Assembly (NCBI GenBank): GCA_965229085.1
Contig: OZ245859.1
Coordinates: 1,140,207 to 1,204,206 of the forward strand
Origin: Kaistia sp.
GTDB lineage: Bacteria > Pseudomonadota > Alphaproteobacteria > Rhizobiales > Kaistiaceae
Direction of reading: 5' to 3'
Length of the DNA stretch: 64,000 nucleotides
In this document: positions 9,810 through 19,552 of the stretch, piece by piece
Layout of the letters: every line of letters begins with the position of its first letter
Numbering within the stretch: position 1 is the first letter of the stretch
Notes under the pieces: generated by a model
Seen by the model: only the letters and a program-made list of their open reading frames with translations
What the model was told of the DNA's origin: nothing
Databases searched by the model: none
Translations under genes and position numbers: made by a program

Positions 9810-10586
9810 TCAGCCCGGTGCGTGATCACCCGCAACGAAGAGGGGGATGCCTGACGATGCGAGGGCGTCAGCGACAGCGGCGTCGGGGGCGCTGCCGGTG
9901 ACGATGCCGTCGAACCGGTCGAGCGTTGCAAGGTGATAGAGCGCCGAGCGACCGAACTTGCCATGATCGACGAGGAGATATTTGCGGGTTGCCGAGGCGA
10001 TCATCAACCGCTTGATCTGCAACACCTCCTGATCCTGATGGTAGGCGGACAGGCCAAGGATCGAGGATGAGGAAATGAACGCGACATCGGCCCGCAAGCC
10101 GCGCAGCGTCTCCTCGGCCAGGAGACCGAAAAAGCCGTTGAAGCGTTCGCTGTACTGGCCGCCCAGCGTGATCAGCGTGATGCCGAGCTGCCCCGCCAGC
10201 GCCTGCATCACGGTCATGTTGTTGGTGATGACGGTCAGCGGCCGCATCCCCGCCAGATGCCGCGCGAGGCTGCCGGTCGTGGAGCCGTCATCAATCAACA
10301 CCGTCTGGCCGGGCTCGGTGAAGCGCATCGCGAATGTGGCGATGCGCGCCTTTTCCTCGGCTGCCAGGGTCGTGCGATAGCGGTAGTCGCTCTCGAAATT
10401 CGCGCTGGCCTCAATGGTGGCGCCGCCGCGAATCCGGCGCAGCAGGCCCGCGCCCTCAAGATCTTCGAGATCGCGGTGGACCGTCATCTTCGAGACCTGA
10501 AATTCCGCCGCCAGCGCCTCGATCGTCACCGACCCCTTGGCCATCAACTGGTTGACGATCATCTGACGCCGGGCGTCCTGTCTCAT
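9810..10586 (-). CDS. DeoR/GlpR family regulator (EryR-like position)
   Basis: VSKMTVHRDLEDLE HTH; IDDGSTT; VITN; LGG; divergent from tpiB/eryH-eryI. Confidence 0.9.
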   Translation of the reverse strand: MRQDARRQMIVNQLMAKGSVTIEALAAEFQVSKMTVHRDLEDLEGAGLLRRIRGGATIEASANFESDYRYRTTLAAEEKARIATFAMRFTEPGQTVLIDDGSTTGSLARHLAGMRPLTVITNNMTVMQALAGQLGITLITLGGQYSERFNGFFGLLAEETLRGLRADVAFISSSSILGLSAYHQDQEVLQIKRLMIASATRKYLLVDHGKFGRSALYHLATLDRFDGIVTGSAPDAAVADALASSGIPLFVAGDHAPG

Positions 10587-10857
10587 GGCTGGCTCGCTGC
10601 TCAATTCAACACGTCACTCTACCGTTGTTGATCCACTTATCTGCAATCCCGTCATCGAGCCATGTCGGGCCTGACAGTCCGCGCCGCACGCCGCCAGCGC
10701 TAGGATGGAGACGGAGACGTTCCAAAAGATCGCTTCATGATCACCGCGTGGGACGCGCGGCCAAGATAACATCACTTCATCACAATCTCACACGAAACGG
10801 CTTGATATTGGGATCGTCGATGTTAGGTTCTCGTCGCTCGCTATAGGGGGACCGACA

Positions 10858-11628
10858 ATGGGCGATGCTGCTGAGGTTTGGATCGGCACCAGTTGGAAGA
10901 TGAACAAGACGCTGGCCGAGGCGAAGGCTTTCGCGGCTGGCCTTGTGGCGTCCGAAGCAAGTCGCGACCAACGGATCCAGCGTTTCGTCATTCCCCCGTT
11001 CACCGCCGTGCGCGAGGTGAAGAGCCTCTTGTCCGATACGTCGGTGAAGGTCGGCGCGCAGACCATGCATTGGGATGATCGCGGCGCATGGACCGGCGAG
11101 ATTTCGCCCCTCATGCTGAGGGATTGCGGCCTTGATATCGTCGAGCTCGGCCACTCCGAACGGCGCGAGCATTTCGGCGAGACGGACCGCACGGTCGGCC
11201 TGAAGACGGAAGCGGCCGTCCGCCACGGTCTCGTGCCGCTGATCTGCATCGGCGAGACACTTGCCGAGCGGGAAGCCGGCCGCGCCAGTGAGGTGCTGGA
11301 CCGGCAGGTGCGCGCTGCGCTCGGGCTTCTCACGGGCGAACAGCAATCAGCCCCGGTGCTTCTTGCCTATGAGCCGGTCTGGGCGATCGGCGAGCACGGC
11401 ATTCCCGCGACATCGGACTATGCCGACGCTCGGCAGGCCGAAATCATCGCGGTCGCCAGGGATGTGCTCGGCCGCCACGTAAGCTGCCTCTATGGCGGAT
11501 CGGTCAATCCGGGCAATTGCCGGGAACTCATCGCCTGTCCGCATATCGACGGCCTCTTCATCGGCCGCTCGGCCTGGGATGTCGCCGGCTATCTCGCCAT
11601 TCTCGACGCATGTTCAACCACCATCTGA
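10858..11628 (+). CDS. eryH: Triosephosphate isomerase-like L-erythrulose-1-phosphate isomerase (EryH/TpiB type)
   Basis: [11 protein letters not shown] (TpiB-type N-terminus), [21 protein letters not shown]; co-transcribed with RpiB. Confidence 0.8.
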   Translation: MGDAAEVWIGTSWKMNKTLAEAKAFAAGLVASEASRDQRIQRFVIPPFTAVREVKSLLSDTSVKVGAQTMHWDDRGAWTGEISPLMLRDCGLDIVELGHSERREHFGETDRTVGLKTEAAVRHGLVPLICIGETLAEREAGRASEVLDRQVRAALGLLTGEQQSAPVLLAYEPVWAIGEHGIPATSDYADARQAEIIAVARDVLGRHVSCLYGGSVNPGNCRELIACPHIDGLFIGRSAWDVAGYLAILDACSTTI

Positions 11629-11638
11629 GGAATTTGCC

Positions 11639-12094
11639 ATGAAGATCGCCGTTGCCGGAGACAGCGCAGGAGAAGGCCTCTCCAAGATCATCGCCGACCA
11701 TCTCAAGGGACGCTTCGATGTATCCGAGGTGTCGAACACAGAGGCAGGTCCCGACCCGTTCTATGCAGATCTCGCCGACCGCGTCGCCTCGGGTGTGCTC
11801 GACGGGACCTATGACAAGGCGATCCTGATCTGCGGCACCGGGATCGGCGTCTCGATTTCGGCCAACAAGGTGCCCGGAATTCGCGCCGCCCTGACGCATG
11901 ACACCTATTCGGCGGAGCGTGCGGCGCTGTCCAACAATGCGCAGATCATCACCATGGGCGCGCGCGTCATCGGCTCGGAGCTCGCCAAGGCGATCGCCGA
12001 CGCCTTCCTCGCGCAAACCTTCGATGAAAAAGGCCGCTCGGCCGGCAATGTCGATGCGATCAACGCGGTCGACGCCAAATACAACGCCCGCTGA
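11639..12094 (+). CDS. eryI: RpiB/LacAB family isomerase (D-erythrulose-4-phosphate isomerase EryI/DerI type)
   Basis: [49 protein letters not shown], closely matching the Brucella/rhizobial EryI pattern as recalled. Confidence 0.82.
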   Translation: MKIAVAGDSAGEGLSKIIADHLKGRFDVSEVSNTEAGPDPFYADLADRVASGVLDGTYDKAILICGTGIGVSISANKVPGIRAALTHDTYSAERAALSNNAQIITMGARVIGSELAKAIADAFLAQTFDEKGRSAGNVDAINAVDAKYNAR

Positions 12095-12103
12095 TTACAG
12101 CCA

Positions 12104-12133
12104 AAGCCGGGGCGGCCCCCCCCTCCCCGGCTT
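12104..12133. terminator. GC-rich hairpin between convergent eryI and SorC regulator
   Basis: AAGCCGGGG (12104-12112)/CCCCGGCTT (12125-12133); weak U-tract. Confidence 0.4.
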
Positions 12134-12206
12134 CCTGCGAGCGCAGGGCCTCAGCGCGCTTCAAGCGCCTCGGCGGTTCGCGATGGGTGCGAGACAGCGC
12201 GTGGCC

Positions 12207-13196
12207 TCAAGCCTCAGCCAGCAGTTGGCGGGCTGTATCGACGTCGGTCACCAGATCGGTCGGATAGCCGCCCTTCAACGCCGCCGAGATCGCGGCGATC
12301 TTGCGGGCTCCGCCGGCGACGCAGAGGCGATAGGGAATCGACTTCAGTTCGTCGAGCGCGATACCGACCATTCGATCCTGAATTCCGCCTGACACCGGGC
12401 GTCCGTCCGCATCAATGAACCGGCCGATGATGGCGGCAACCGCGCCATTGGCGACGAACGAATCGATCGTCGCGTTGTCGAGCAATTCCGCCTGGCGCAC
12501 CGTCGCCTGCGGGCCAAGGTCGCCCACGCCGAACAGGATGCGATTGGCCGATCGGACAATCGAAAACTGCCTGCTGATGGCCGGCTCGGCCAGGAGCTGA
12601 TCGCGCAGCAACGCTGTCGACAGGATCGCCGGAGCCATCAAGTTGACGCATCGCGCGGCAATGCGGTTGGCCAGCAGCGAAGAGCAAAGCTCTGGCGAAA
12701 ACGCGGTGGAGAGGCCAGTCGCCGACCCCGCCACCTGCACCACCGTCAGCGGACTGACCGGAGCCGTCAACGAGATCGCCCGCGCTGCCTCGAGCACCGT
12801 TCGGCCCCAGGCAACGCCGATGACATCGCCGGCCGATACATGATCGGCCAGGACCAGCGCAGCCGCCTCGCCCAAGCGACGCTCAAGCGCCTCGCCGTCC
12901 ATCGTCGGAATGACGATGGCGGATTCAAGTCCAAACCGCCGGACCAATGCCCGTGAGAGCTGCGCTCGGCTGGCAACGACTGTGTTGATGCGTATCGAGA
13001 CGATGCCTCGGCTCCGCGCCTCTTGCAGCATCTTGATAATCGTCACTCTGGATACGCCGATGATCTGTGCAATCTCGTTCTGCGTCAGCTCATCGACATA
13101 ATACATCCAGGCCGCCCACACGGTCGCATCTTCAAACTCAACCGGAATGCTTGCTGCGGCTGTCGATTGCGGCTGGTTGTGGTTGGCGGTGTCCAT
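12207..13196 (-). CDS. SorC/DeoR sugar-binding transcriptional regulator #1
   Basis: WAAWMYYVDELTQNEIA HTH; GVAWGRT; VAGGARKIAAISAALKGG; LVTD. Confidence 0.92.
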   Translation of the reverse strand: MDTANHNQPQSTAAASIPVEFEDATVWAAWMYYVDELTQNEIAQIIGVSRVTIIKMLQEARSRGIVSIRINTVVASRAQLSRALVRRFGLESAIVIPTMDGEALERRLGEAAALVLADHVSAGDVIGVAWGRTVLEAARAISLTAPVSPLTVVQVAGSATGLSTAFSPELCSSLLANRIAARCVNLMAPAILSTALLRDQLLAEPAISRQFSIVRSANRILFGVGDLGPQATVRQAELLDNATIDSFVANGAVAAIIGRFIDADGRPVSGGIQDRMVGIALDELKSIPYRLCVAGGARKIAAISAALKGGYPTDLVTDVDTARQLLAEA

Positions 13197-13250
13197 GAAC
13201 GAGTTCTCATCAAACTCGCCGCATGTGTCAAGCAAGGTCCAATCGGCGTA

Positions 13251-13278
13251 TTGACATATGTCGCGACACAGTTATCAT
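13251..13278 (+). promoter_or_regulatory. Putative sigma70 promoter overlapped by palindromic operator
   Basis: TTGACA(13251-13256)-16 bp-TATCAT(13273-13278); perfect palindrome GACATATGTC at 13253-13262. Confidence 0.6.
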
Positions 13279-13307
13279 TTGTTTCAAGAAAATTGGGAGC
13301 GAACGAC

Positions 13308-14654
13308 ATGCAGGACGGCGCCGTGGCGACGCGAGACGCGCAGCAGGGATGGACGGCGTTGATCGACGACATCGTCGCTGGTCGCTGGATCAATCCCGAG
13401 ACTGGCCGCGCCGCGACCGTCCCCTATGAATCGATCGTGTTTGAGGTTTCGCTCGAAGGCCGCGAGGCCGATCTCGTGCAGTCGATGCGGCTCGGCTCGT
13501 CCCTCGCCGTCGTTTGCGACGAAGCCACCTATGAGGCCATGGGGCGGCGGGTGGCGACGGCCGTTGGCGCGCTCGGCCCTGTCAAGACGCTGGTCCTCGA
13601 CCATCCGCATGCAGATCTCGCCACAGTCGACGTGCTGAAGGAGAAGCTTGCCGGCGTCGAGGGCGTGATCGCGGTCGGCTCCGGAACGCTCAACGACCTC
13701 TGCAAATATGTGACCTACCAGGACGGCCGGCGATACTGCGTCTTCGGCACGGCCGGTTCGATGAACGGCTATACGTCGACGACGGCGTCCATGACGCTGG
13801 AGTCGGGGTTGAAGGTCTCGCTGCCGGCACATGCCCCGCGCGGCTTCTTCGTCGATCTCTCGGTCTCGGCCGCGGCCCCTGCTTTTCTCAACGCCGCCGG
13901 ATTTGGTGACTGCCTGGCGCGATCCGTCGCGCAGGTCGACTGGTGGATGTCGCACAGGCTGCTCGGGACGGACTATCTGCACGCGCCCTTCCTCATTCAG
14001 GAGAAGGACGAGGCGATCCTCAACAGCATGGCCGCGGCGCTGCGCGGCGGCGACATCGCGGCCGTCGCCTATCTCTATCGGGTACTGACCCTCTGCGGTC
14101 TCGGCGTTTCCCTGACGGGCGTCTCCAATCACGGTTCGATGGGTGAGCACCAGATTTCGCATTACATCGACTGCTTCGCCGGCGAGCGCCATCCAGGCAC
14201 CTTGCACGGCCAGCAGGTCGGCGTCGCCTCGCTGTCCATGGCGCGCCTGCAGCAGCGGATGCTCGCGAGTGACGCCCCGCCCAGGATCGGCGCGACTGAG
14301 ATCGACCAGGACGACATGATCAGGCGGATGGGTCCGAAGATCGCCCCGCAATGCCTCGCCGAATGGCAGCGCAAGGCCTTCGATGCAGCCGGAGCGGACG
14401 CACTGAATGCGCGCCTTGAGGCCATCTGGCCCGAATTGCGCGAGGAGCTTCAGGCCTTCGTGATCCCGGCGGCAGAGATGGAGCAGTTGCTGAGGGATGC
14501 CGGCGGGCCGACGACGGCGGCGGAACTCGGCGTTCCCCAGGACCTCTATCGCGAAGCGATCGTGCATAGCCGCGAAATGCGCAACCGCTTCTCGTTCCTC
14601 GATCTTGCCGCCGACGCTGGCGATCTCGAAGCGTTTGCGGCCGGCGAAGTCTGA
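13308..14654 (+). CDS. sn-glycerol-1-phosphate dehydrogenase-like (EgsA/AraM family) polyol-phosphate dehydrogenase
   Basis: AVGSGTLNDLCKY, GTAGSMNGYTS, GFGD, GEHQISH, LHGQQVG metal ligands. Confidence 0.8.
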   Translation: MQDGAVATRDAQQGWTALIDDIVAGRWINPETGRAATVPYESIVFEVSLEGREADLVQSMRLGSSLAVVCDEATYEAMGRRVATAVGALGPVKTLVLDHPHADLATVDVLKEKLAGVEGVIAVGSGTLNDLCKYVTYQDGRRYCVFGTAGSMNGYTSTTASMTLESGLKVSLPAHAPRGFFVDLSVSAAAPAFLNAAGFGDCLARSVAQVDWWMSHRLLGTDYLHAPFLIQEKDEAILNSMAAALRGGDIAAVAYLYRVLTLCGLGVSLTGVSNHGSMGEHQISHYIDCFAGERHPGTLHGQQVGVASLSMARLQQRMLASDAPPRIGATEIDQDDMIRRMGPKIAPQCLAEWQRKAFDAAGADALNARLEAIWPELREELQAFVIPAAEMEQLLRDAGGPTTAAELGVPQDLYREAIVHSREMRNRFSFLDLAADAGDLEAFAAGEV

Positions 14655-14682
14655 TTTCCTCGATCCAGCAAGGCGCGACGTC

Positions 14683-16239
14683 ATGAGCGCAGTCTATGAC
14701 CTGGCCATTATCGGCGGCGGCATCAACGGTTGCGGCATCGCACGCGATGCCGCCGGCCGGGGCCTGCACGTGCTGCTGGCCGAACAGTCGGATCTCGGAT
14801 CGGCGACCTCCTCCGCGTCCACCAAGCTTATCCATGGCGGGCTGCGCTATCTCGAGCATTACGAGTTCAAGCTGGTCCGGCATGCGCTGACGGAGCGCGA
14901 GCGGCTTTGGCAGATCGCGCCGCACATCATCTGGCCGCTGCGTTTCGTCCTGCCCTACCGCGACACTCTGCGGCCGGCCTGGCTGCTCCGATTGGGGCTG
15001 TTTCTCTACGACCACATTGGCGGCCGCAAACGCCTGCCAGCCTCGCGCACGCTGCGCCTGTCCGGATCGCCGCTGGGCGCGCCGCTGCGCGGCGACATCA
15101 CGCTCGGCTTCGAATATTCCGACTGCTGGGTGCAGGACAATCGCCTGGTGGTGCTGAATGCCCGCGATGCCGCCGATCGGGGCGCCGATATTCGTGTGCG
15201 AACCGAATGCGTCGGCGCGCGTCGGGTCGGCGCACTCTGGGAAGTCGATCTCGTCGATCGCCAGACGGGCAAGGCCTCGACGATCACCGCCCGCGTGCTG
15301 GTCAATGCCGCCGGACCCTGGGTCGACCGCGTCGCCAAGATCGCAGTGGGACCCTCCGCGCGCGCTTCCATCCGTCTTGTGCAGGGCTCGCATATCGTCG
15401 TGCCGCGGCTCGCGAACCACGATCGCTGCTACATTTTCCAGAACGCCGACAAGCGCATCGTCTTCGCCATTCCCTACGAGGCGGACTTCACGCTGATCGG
15501 CACAACCGACCGCGACTTCAAGGGAGACCTCGACCGCGTGGCGGCATCCGAGGAGGAGATTGCCTATCTCTGTGCCTCGGCGAGCGACTACTTCAAGGCC
15601 CCGGTGCGGCGCGAGGACGTGACATGGAGCTATTCCGGCGTCCGCCCGCTCTATGATGACGGCGCCGCGGCCGCGCAGGAAGCGACGCGCGACTATGTGC
15701 TGAAGCTCGAGGCCGAGCCTGGACAAGCGCCGCTTCTCAGCATTTTCGGCGGCAAGATCACGACCTATCGCTGCCTCGCGGAAGACGTGCTCGCCAAGCT
15801 CGCCGCGATCCTTCCGGAAGCCGGACGGCATGTCGGCTGGACCGCGACGCAGCCGCTGCCAGGCGGGAATTTCCCGATCGATGGCGCGGGCAATCTCGCG
15901 GAGGCGCTGAAGCGCGCGCACCCATTCCTGACCGACGCGCAGGCGGAACGGTTTGTCCGCCACTACGGCACGCTCAGTCACCGCATTCTCGGCAAGGCCG
16001 AAACCGCCACCGATCTCGGCCGGGACTTCGGCGGCGGACTGAGCGCGGCCGAGGTCGACTATCTGATGCAAAGCGAATTTGCCCGAACCGCCGAAGATGT
16101 CGTCTGGCGGCGGACAAAGTCGGGGCTGCGCATGAGCGCGGAGGAAATTGCGGCGCTCGATGGCTGGATGAGGGCGCACGCCATCACCGGGGACGCGCCG
16201 ACGCAGCACGCAGAGACAAGACGGCGGGCGATCGCCTGA
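14683..16239 (+). CDS. glpD: FAD-dependent glycerol-3-phosphate dehydrogenase (GlpD family)
   Basis: IIGGGINGCGIARDAAGRG, SSASTKLIHGGLRYLE, SYSGVRPL, GGKITTYR, DVVWRRTK. Confidence 0.85.
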   Translation: MSAVYDLAIIGGGINGCGIARDAAGRGLHVLLAEQSDLGSATSSASTKLIHGGLRYLEHYEFKLVRHALTERERLWQIAPHIIWPLRFVLPYRDTLRPAWLLRLGLFLYDHIGGRKRLPASRTLRLSGSPLGAPLRGDITLGFEYSDCWVQDNRLVVLNARDAADRGADIRVRTECVGARRVGALWEVDLVDRQTGKASTITARVLVNAAGPWVDRVAKIAVGPSARASIRLVQGSHIVVPRLANHDRCYIFQNADKRIVFAIPYEADFTLIGTTDRDFKGDLDRVAASEEEIAYLCASASDYFKAPVRREDVTWSYSGVRPLYDDGAAAAQEATRDYVLKLEAEPGQAPLLSIFGGKITTYRCLAEDVLAKLAAILPEAGRHVGWTATQPLPGGNFPIDGAGNLAEALKRAHPFLTDAQAERFVRHYGTLSHRILGKAETATDLGRDFGGGLSAAEVDYLMQSEFARTAEDVVWRRTKSGLRMSAEEIAALDGWMRAHAITGDAPTQHAETRRRAIA

Positions 16240-16317
16240 GGAGGCTTTTGCTCAACAAGAAGAACGACAAACGCGGACCAGAAACCGCCAGTCGACCTGA
16301 TCGGGAGGAACGTTCAG

Positions 16318-17043
16318 ATGACCCATCTACCCCTAGTCGCGATTACCGGCGCCAGTTCCGGAATTGGCGAAGCCGTGGCCAAGGCGTTTTCAGCCGCCGG
16401 CCATCCGGTCCTGATGATGGCCCGCCGGCTTGACCGCATGGAGGCGTTGAAGCTTCCGAACGCGATCTGCCGCAAGGTCGATGTCCGCGAGCGCGGCGAG
16501 ATCGCCGCAGCCGTTGCCGATGCCGAAGCGCTCTACGGTCCCGTCGACATGATGTTCTGCAATGCGGGGATCGCGAGGCTCGGCGACATCGGCAAGCAGG
16601 ATCCGGCCGAGTGGGACGAGATGATCGACATCAACGTCAAGGGCGTCATGAACACCGTCCATGCCGTGATGGCCGGCATGATGCAGCGCCGGCATGGCAC
16701 GCTGTTCATGATGAGCTCGATCGCCGGGCGAAAGGTTTATCCCGATCACACAGTCTATTGCGGCAGCAAGTTCTTCGTCCACGGCGTCGCAGAGAGCCTG
16801 CGGGAATATCTGTCGGCCTATGACATACGCGTCGCGGTGCTCTCGCCCGGCATCATCGAGACGGAAGTGCTCGACCATGTGACCGACAAAGATACGCTCG
16901 CCAACTATCGCAACAACAAGATGGCAATCGGCGGCGGCATCGGGCCGGAGCATCTCGCCGAGCTGATGCTCGCGACCTATCGGATGCCGCAGACCGTGCT
17001 GGTGCAGGAAATCTGCATGACGCCGACGCGGCAGAAATACTGA
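16318..17043 (+). CDS. Short-chain dehydrogenase/reductase (YdfG-like)
   Basis: TGASSGIG, NAG, SSIAG, YCGSK. Confidence 0.88.
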   Translation: MTHLPLVAITGASSGIGEAVAKAFSAAGHPVLMMARRLDRMEALKLPNAICRKVDVRERGEIAAAVADAEALYGPVDMMFCNAGIARLGDIGKQDPAEWDEMIDINVKGVMNTVHAVMAGMMQRRHGTLFMMSSIAGRKVYPDHTVYCGSKFFVHGVAESLREYLSAYDIRVAVLSPGIIETEVLDHVTDKDTLANYRNNKMAIGGGIGPEHLAELMLATYRMPQTVLVQEICMTPTRQKY

Positions 17044-17148
17044 TGCGTCCGCCTTCCTGCCCGTCCCCTGACCGCTTCCAAGCGGTGGATGGGCAGGAGA
17101 AGCAAGACGTCCCCTTCCCTCGCAGTGACTTGTTTTGGAGCACCCCGC

Positions 17149-19197
17149 ATGAAATCGCGCTGGTCGGATTCGGAATTTAAGACCGTCGTCGACGGCTATG
17201 TGAGATCCGGTCTCAACGCCGATCTGGCGACACGCGTCTACACGACAAGGCTGCTCGGCATCGACCCGGAACTCGTCCTGCATGGTGGCGGCAATACGTC
17301 GGTCAAAACCGTTCTGACGGAAGCGGACGGCAGCGAAGTGCCGGTCATCTGCGTCAAGGGCAGCGGCTGGGATATGGGCACGATCGAGCCGGCGGGGCTT
17401 CCGGCGGTGCGGCTGGCGGAGCTCGCGGCCCTCGCCCGCTTCGATACGTTGTCAGACATGGAAATGGTGCGCCAGCAGCGCCGTCTGTTGATGGACCCCG
17501 CCGCGCCGAACCCGAGTGTCGAGGCCATCCTGCATGCCCTCATTCCGGCCCGGCATGTCGACCACACCCATGCCAACGCCATCGTCTCGCTGACCAACCA
17601 GCCGAACGGCGAGGCGCTGGTCCGCGAACTCTTCCCCGACAGCATCATCGTTCCCTATGTGATGCCCGGCTTCGATCTGGCCAAGGCCTGCGCCAAGGCG
17701 CTCACCGAAGCGCCCGGTGCGACCAGCATGATCCTGCTAAAGCATGGCATCTTCACATGGTCTGACGATGCGCGCGAAACCTATGAGGCGATGATCGACT
17801 TCGTCGATCGCGCCGAGCGCCGTCTTGAGAAAGGTCGCGCGCGGCCGTTCGGAGCCGCATCGCAGCCGGCCGACCTCGCGGCGCCTGCTGATATCATGCC
17901 GATCCTGCGCGGGCGGCTGGCACAGGCGGGAGCGACCGAAGGCACCTTCAAGCGGATGGTGCTCACCTTCCGCAGCAGCCCTCAGATCCTCGATCTCTGC
18001 AACGCCCCCAACGCGGCCGACCTCGTCTCGCGCGGCAATGCGACGCCCGAGCATGTCATCCACATCAAGCGCAAGGGCCTCGCCCTCCCCGCGCCGCAGA
18101 TCGGCAAGCTGGATGTCTTCGCGGCGGAGCTCGACCGAGCGCTCGCCGACTATGTCGCCGATTACACCGCCTATTTCCAACGCAACAATGACCGGGTCGG
18201 CGGAGACCGCGTCATGCTCGACCCACTGCCACGCGTCTTCTACGTCGCCGGGCTCGGCATCTTCGCCGCCGGTCCGTCAGCGAAGGGCGCCAAAGTTGCC
18301 GCCGACGTCGCCGAAGCCACCGTCGACGTGATCACCAAGGCGGAGGGGATCGATGGCTGGGAGCCCCTGCCCGAAGCGGACCTGTTCGATATCGAATATT
18401 GGTCGCTGGAACAGGCGAAACTGGCCAAGCAGGCGGAGAAGCCACTGTCGCGCCAGATTGCCATCGTCACCGGCGGCGCCGGCGGATTGGGGCTGGCTGT
18501 CGCCAAGGCGCTGCGTGAGGAAGGTGCCGAGGTTGCGATCCTCGATATCGCCGCCGAGAGCGTCACGGCGGCAGCCAAGTCGATCGGCGCCATGGGTCTG
18601 CGCTGCGACGTCACGGACGCTGCCGCCGTGGACGATGCCGTTGCCTCGGTCGTCGCAGCCCTCGGGGGCGTGGATATCCTGATCTCCAACGCCGGCGCGG
18701 CGTTCCAGGGGGCGCTGACCAGCGTTTCCGACGAGACTTTCCACAAGGCGTTCGACCTGAATTTCTGGGCTCACCACTACATGGCGCGCGCTGTCGTTCG
18801 CGTCATGGAGACCCAGCAGACCGGCGGCGCGCTGGTGTTCAACGTCTCGAAGCAAGCCGTCAATCCCGGCGCGGATTTCGGCCCCTACGGGACGTCGAAG
18901 GCCGCTCTGATGGCGTTGATGCGGCAATATGCAGTGGAGCATGGCGCCTCGGGGATCACGTCGAACGCCGTCAATGCCGACCGTATCCGAACAGGACTGA
19001 TGACCGACGAGATGGTGGCCGACCGCAGCAGGGCACGGGGTCTGACGCCGGAATCCTATATGCGCGGCAATTTGCTGAAGCGCGAAGTGCTGACAGGCGA
19101 CGTGGCGGCGGCCTTCGTTCATCTGGCAAAGGCCCGCACCAGCACCGGTGCGGTCCTGACGGTCGATGGCGGCAACGTCGCAGCGATGATGCGGTAG
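17149..19197 (+). CDS. Bifunctional class II aldolase / short-chain dehydrogenase, paralog A
   Basis: HGGGNTSVK, VKGSGWD, PSVEAILH, DHTHAN, LKHG; C-terminal TGGAGGLG, NAG, YGTSK. Confidence 0.88.
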   Translation: MKSRWSDSEFKTVVDGYVRSGLNADLATRVYTTRLLGIDPELVLHGGGNTSVKTVLTEADGSEVPVICVKGSGWDMGTIEPAGLPAVRLAELAALARFDTLSDMEMVRQQRRLLMDPAAPNPSVEAILHALIPARHVDHTHANAIVSLTNQPNGEALVRELFPDSIIVPYVMPGFDLAKACAKALTEAPGATSMILLKHGIFTWSDDARETYEAMIDFVDRAERRLEKGRARPFGAASQPADLAAPADIMPILRGRLAQAGATEGTFKRMVLTFRSSPQILDLCNAPNAADLVSRGNATPEHVIHIKRKGLALPAPQIGKLDVFAAELDRALADYVADYTAYFQRNNDRVGGDRVMLDPLPRVFYVAGLGIFAAGPSAKGAKVAADVAEATVDVITKAEGIDGWEPLPEADLFDIEYWSLEQAKLAKQAEKPLSRQIAIVTGGAGGLGLAVAKALREEGAEVAILDIAAESVTAAAKSIGAMGLRCDVTDAAAVDDAVASVVAALGGVDILISNAGAAFQGALTSVSDETFHKAFDLNFWAHHYMARAVVRVMETQQTGGALVFNVSKQAVNPGADFGPYGTSKAALMALMRQYAVEHGASGITSNAVNADRIRTGLMTDEMVADRSRARGLTPESYMRGNLLKREVLTGDVAAAFVHLAKARTSTGAVLTVDGGNVAAMMR

Positions 19198-19268
19198 CGA
19201 GCGGCCAACCGGGAGGCGGGGCCGATCCCGATCGATCGGTCCTTGACTCCTGACACAGCGCGCTCATG

Positions 19269-19305
19269 CTTTACAAAAGTCTTTGGTATTGTTTCTTGTG
19301 TAAAG
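19269..19305. promoter_or_regulatory. Imperfect inverted repeat upstream of the CUT1 ABC operon, putative operator
   Basis: CTTTACAAAAG-15 bp-CTTGTGTAAAG (10/11 match) in an AT-rich intergenic region. Confidence 0.45.
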
Positions 19306-19552
19306 GCGTTTTGCCCCGGCTTCCGGCGCTAAGCGCCAGAGCCGGGGAACAGCAACGAAGAGACAGAGGAACCTGATAGCCAGCAAACTTACCCAGCGTC
19401 GATGCAGCAGGAGGATCGCACCGACGATGTGTAGCCGACAAAAAAACTGGCAGGTGCGGAGCTGATCGGTAGATCAAGCTCCGTACAAAGCAAAAACAAT
19501 AAGAAAATTCCGTTCGGAGATAACGCTCGCTTATGAGCCATTGGAGGAAACA

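Noticed and set aside
17149-19197. Naming the aldolase-SDR fusions rhaD
   Set aside because: No rhamnose isomerase, mutarotase or rhamnulokinase context; the substrate is not supportable
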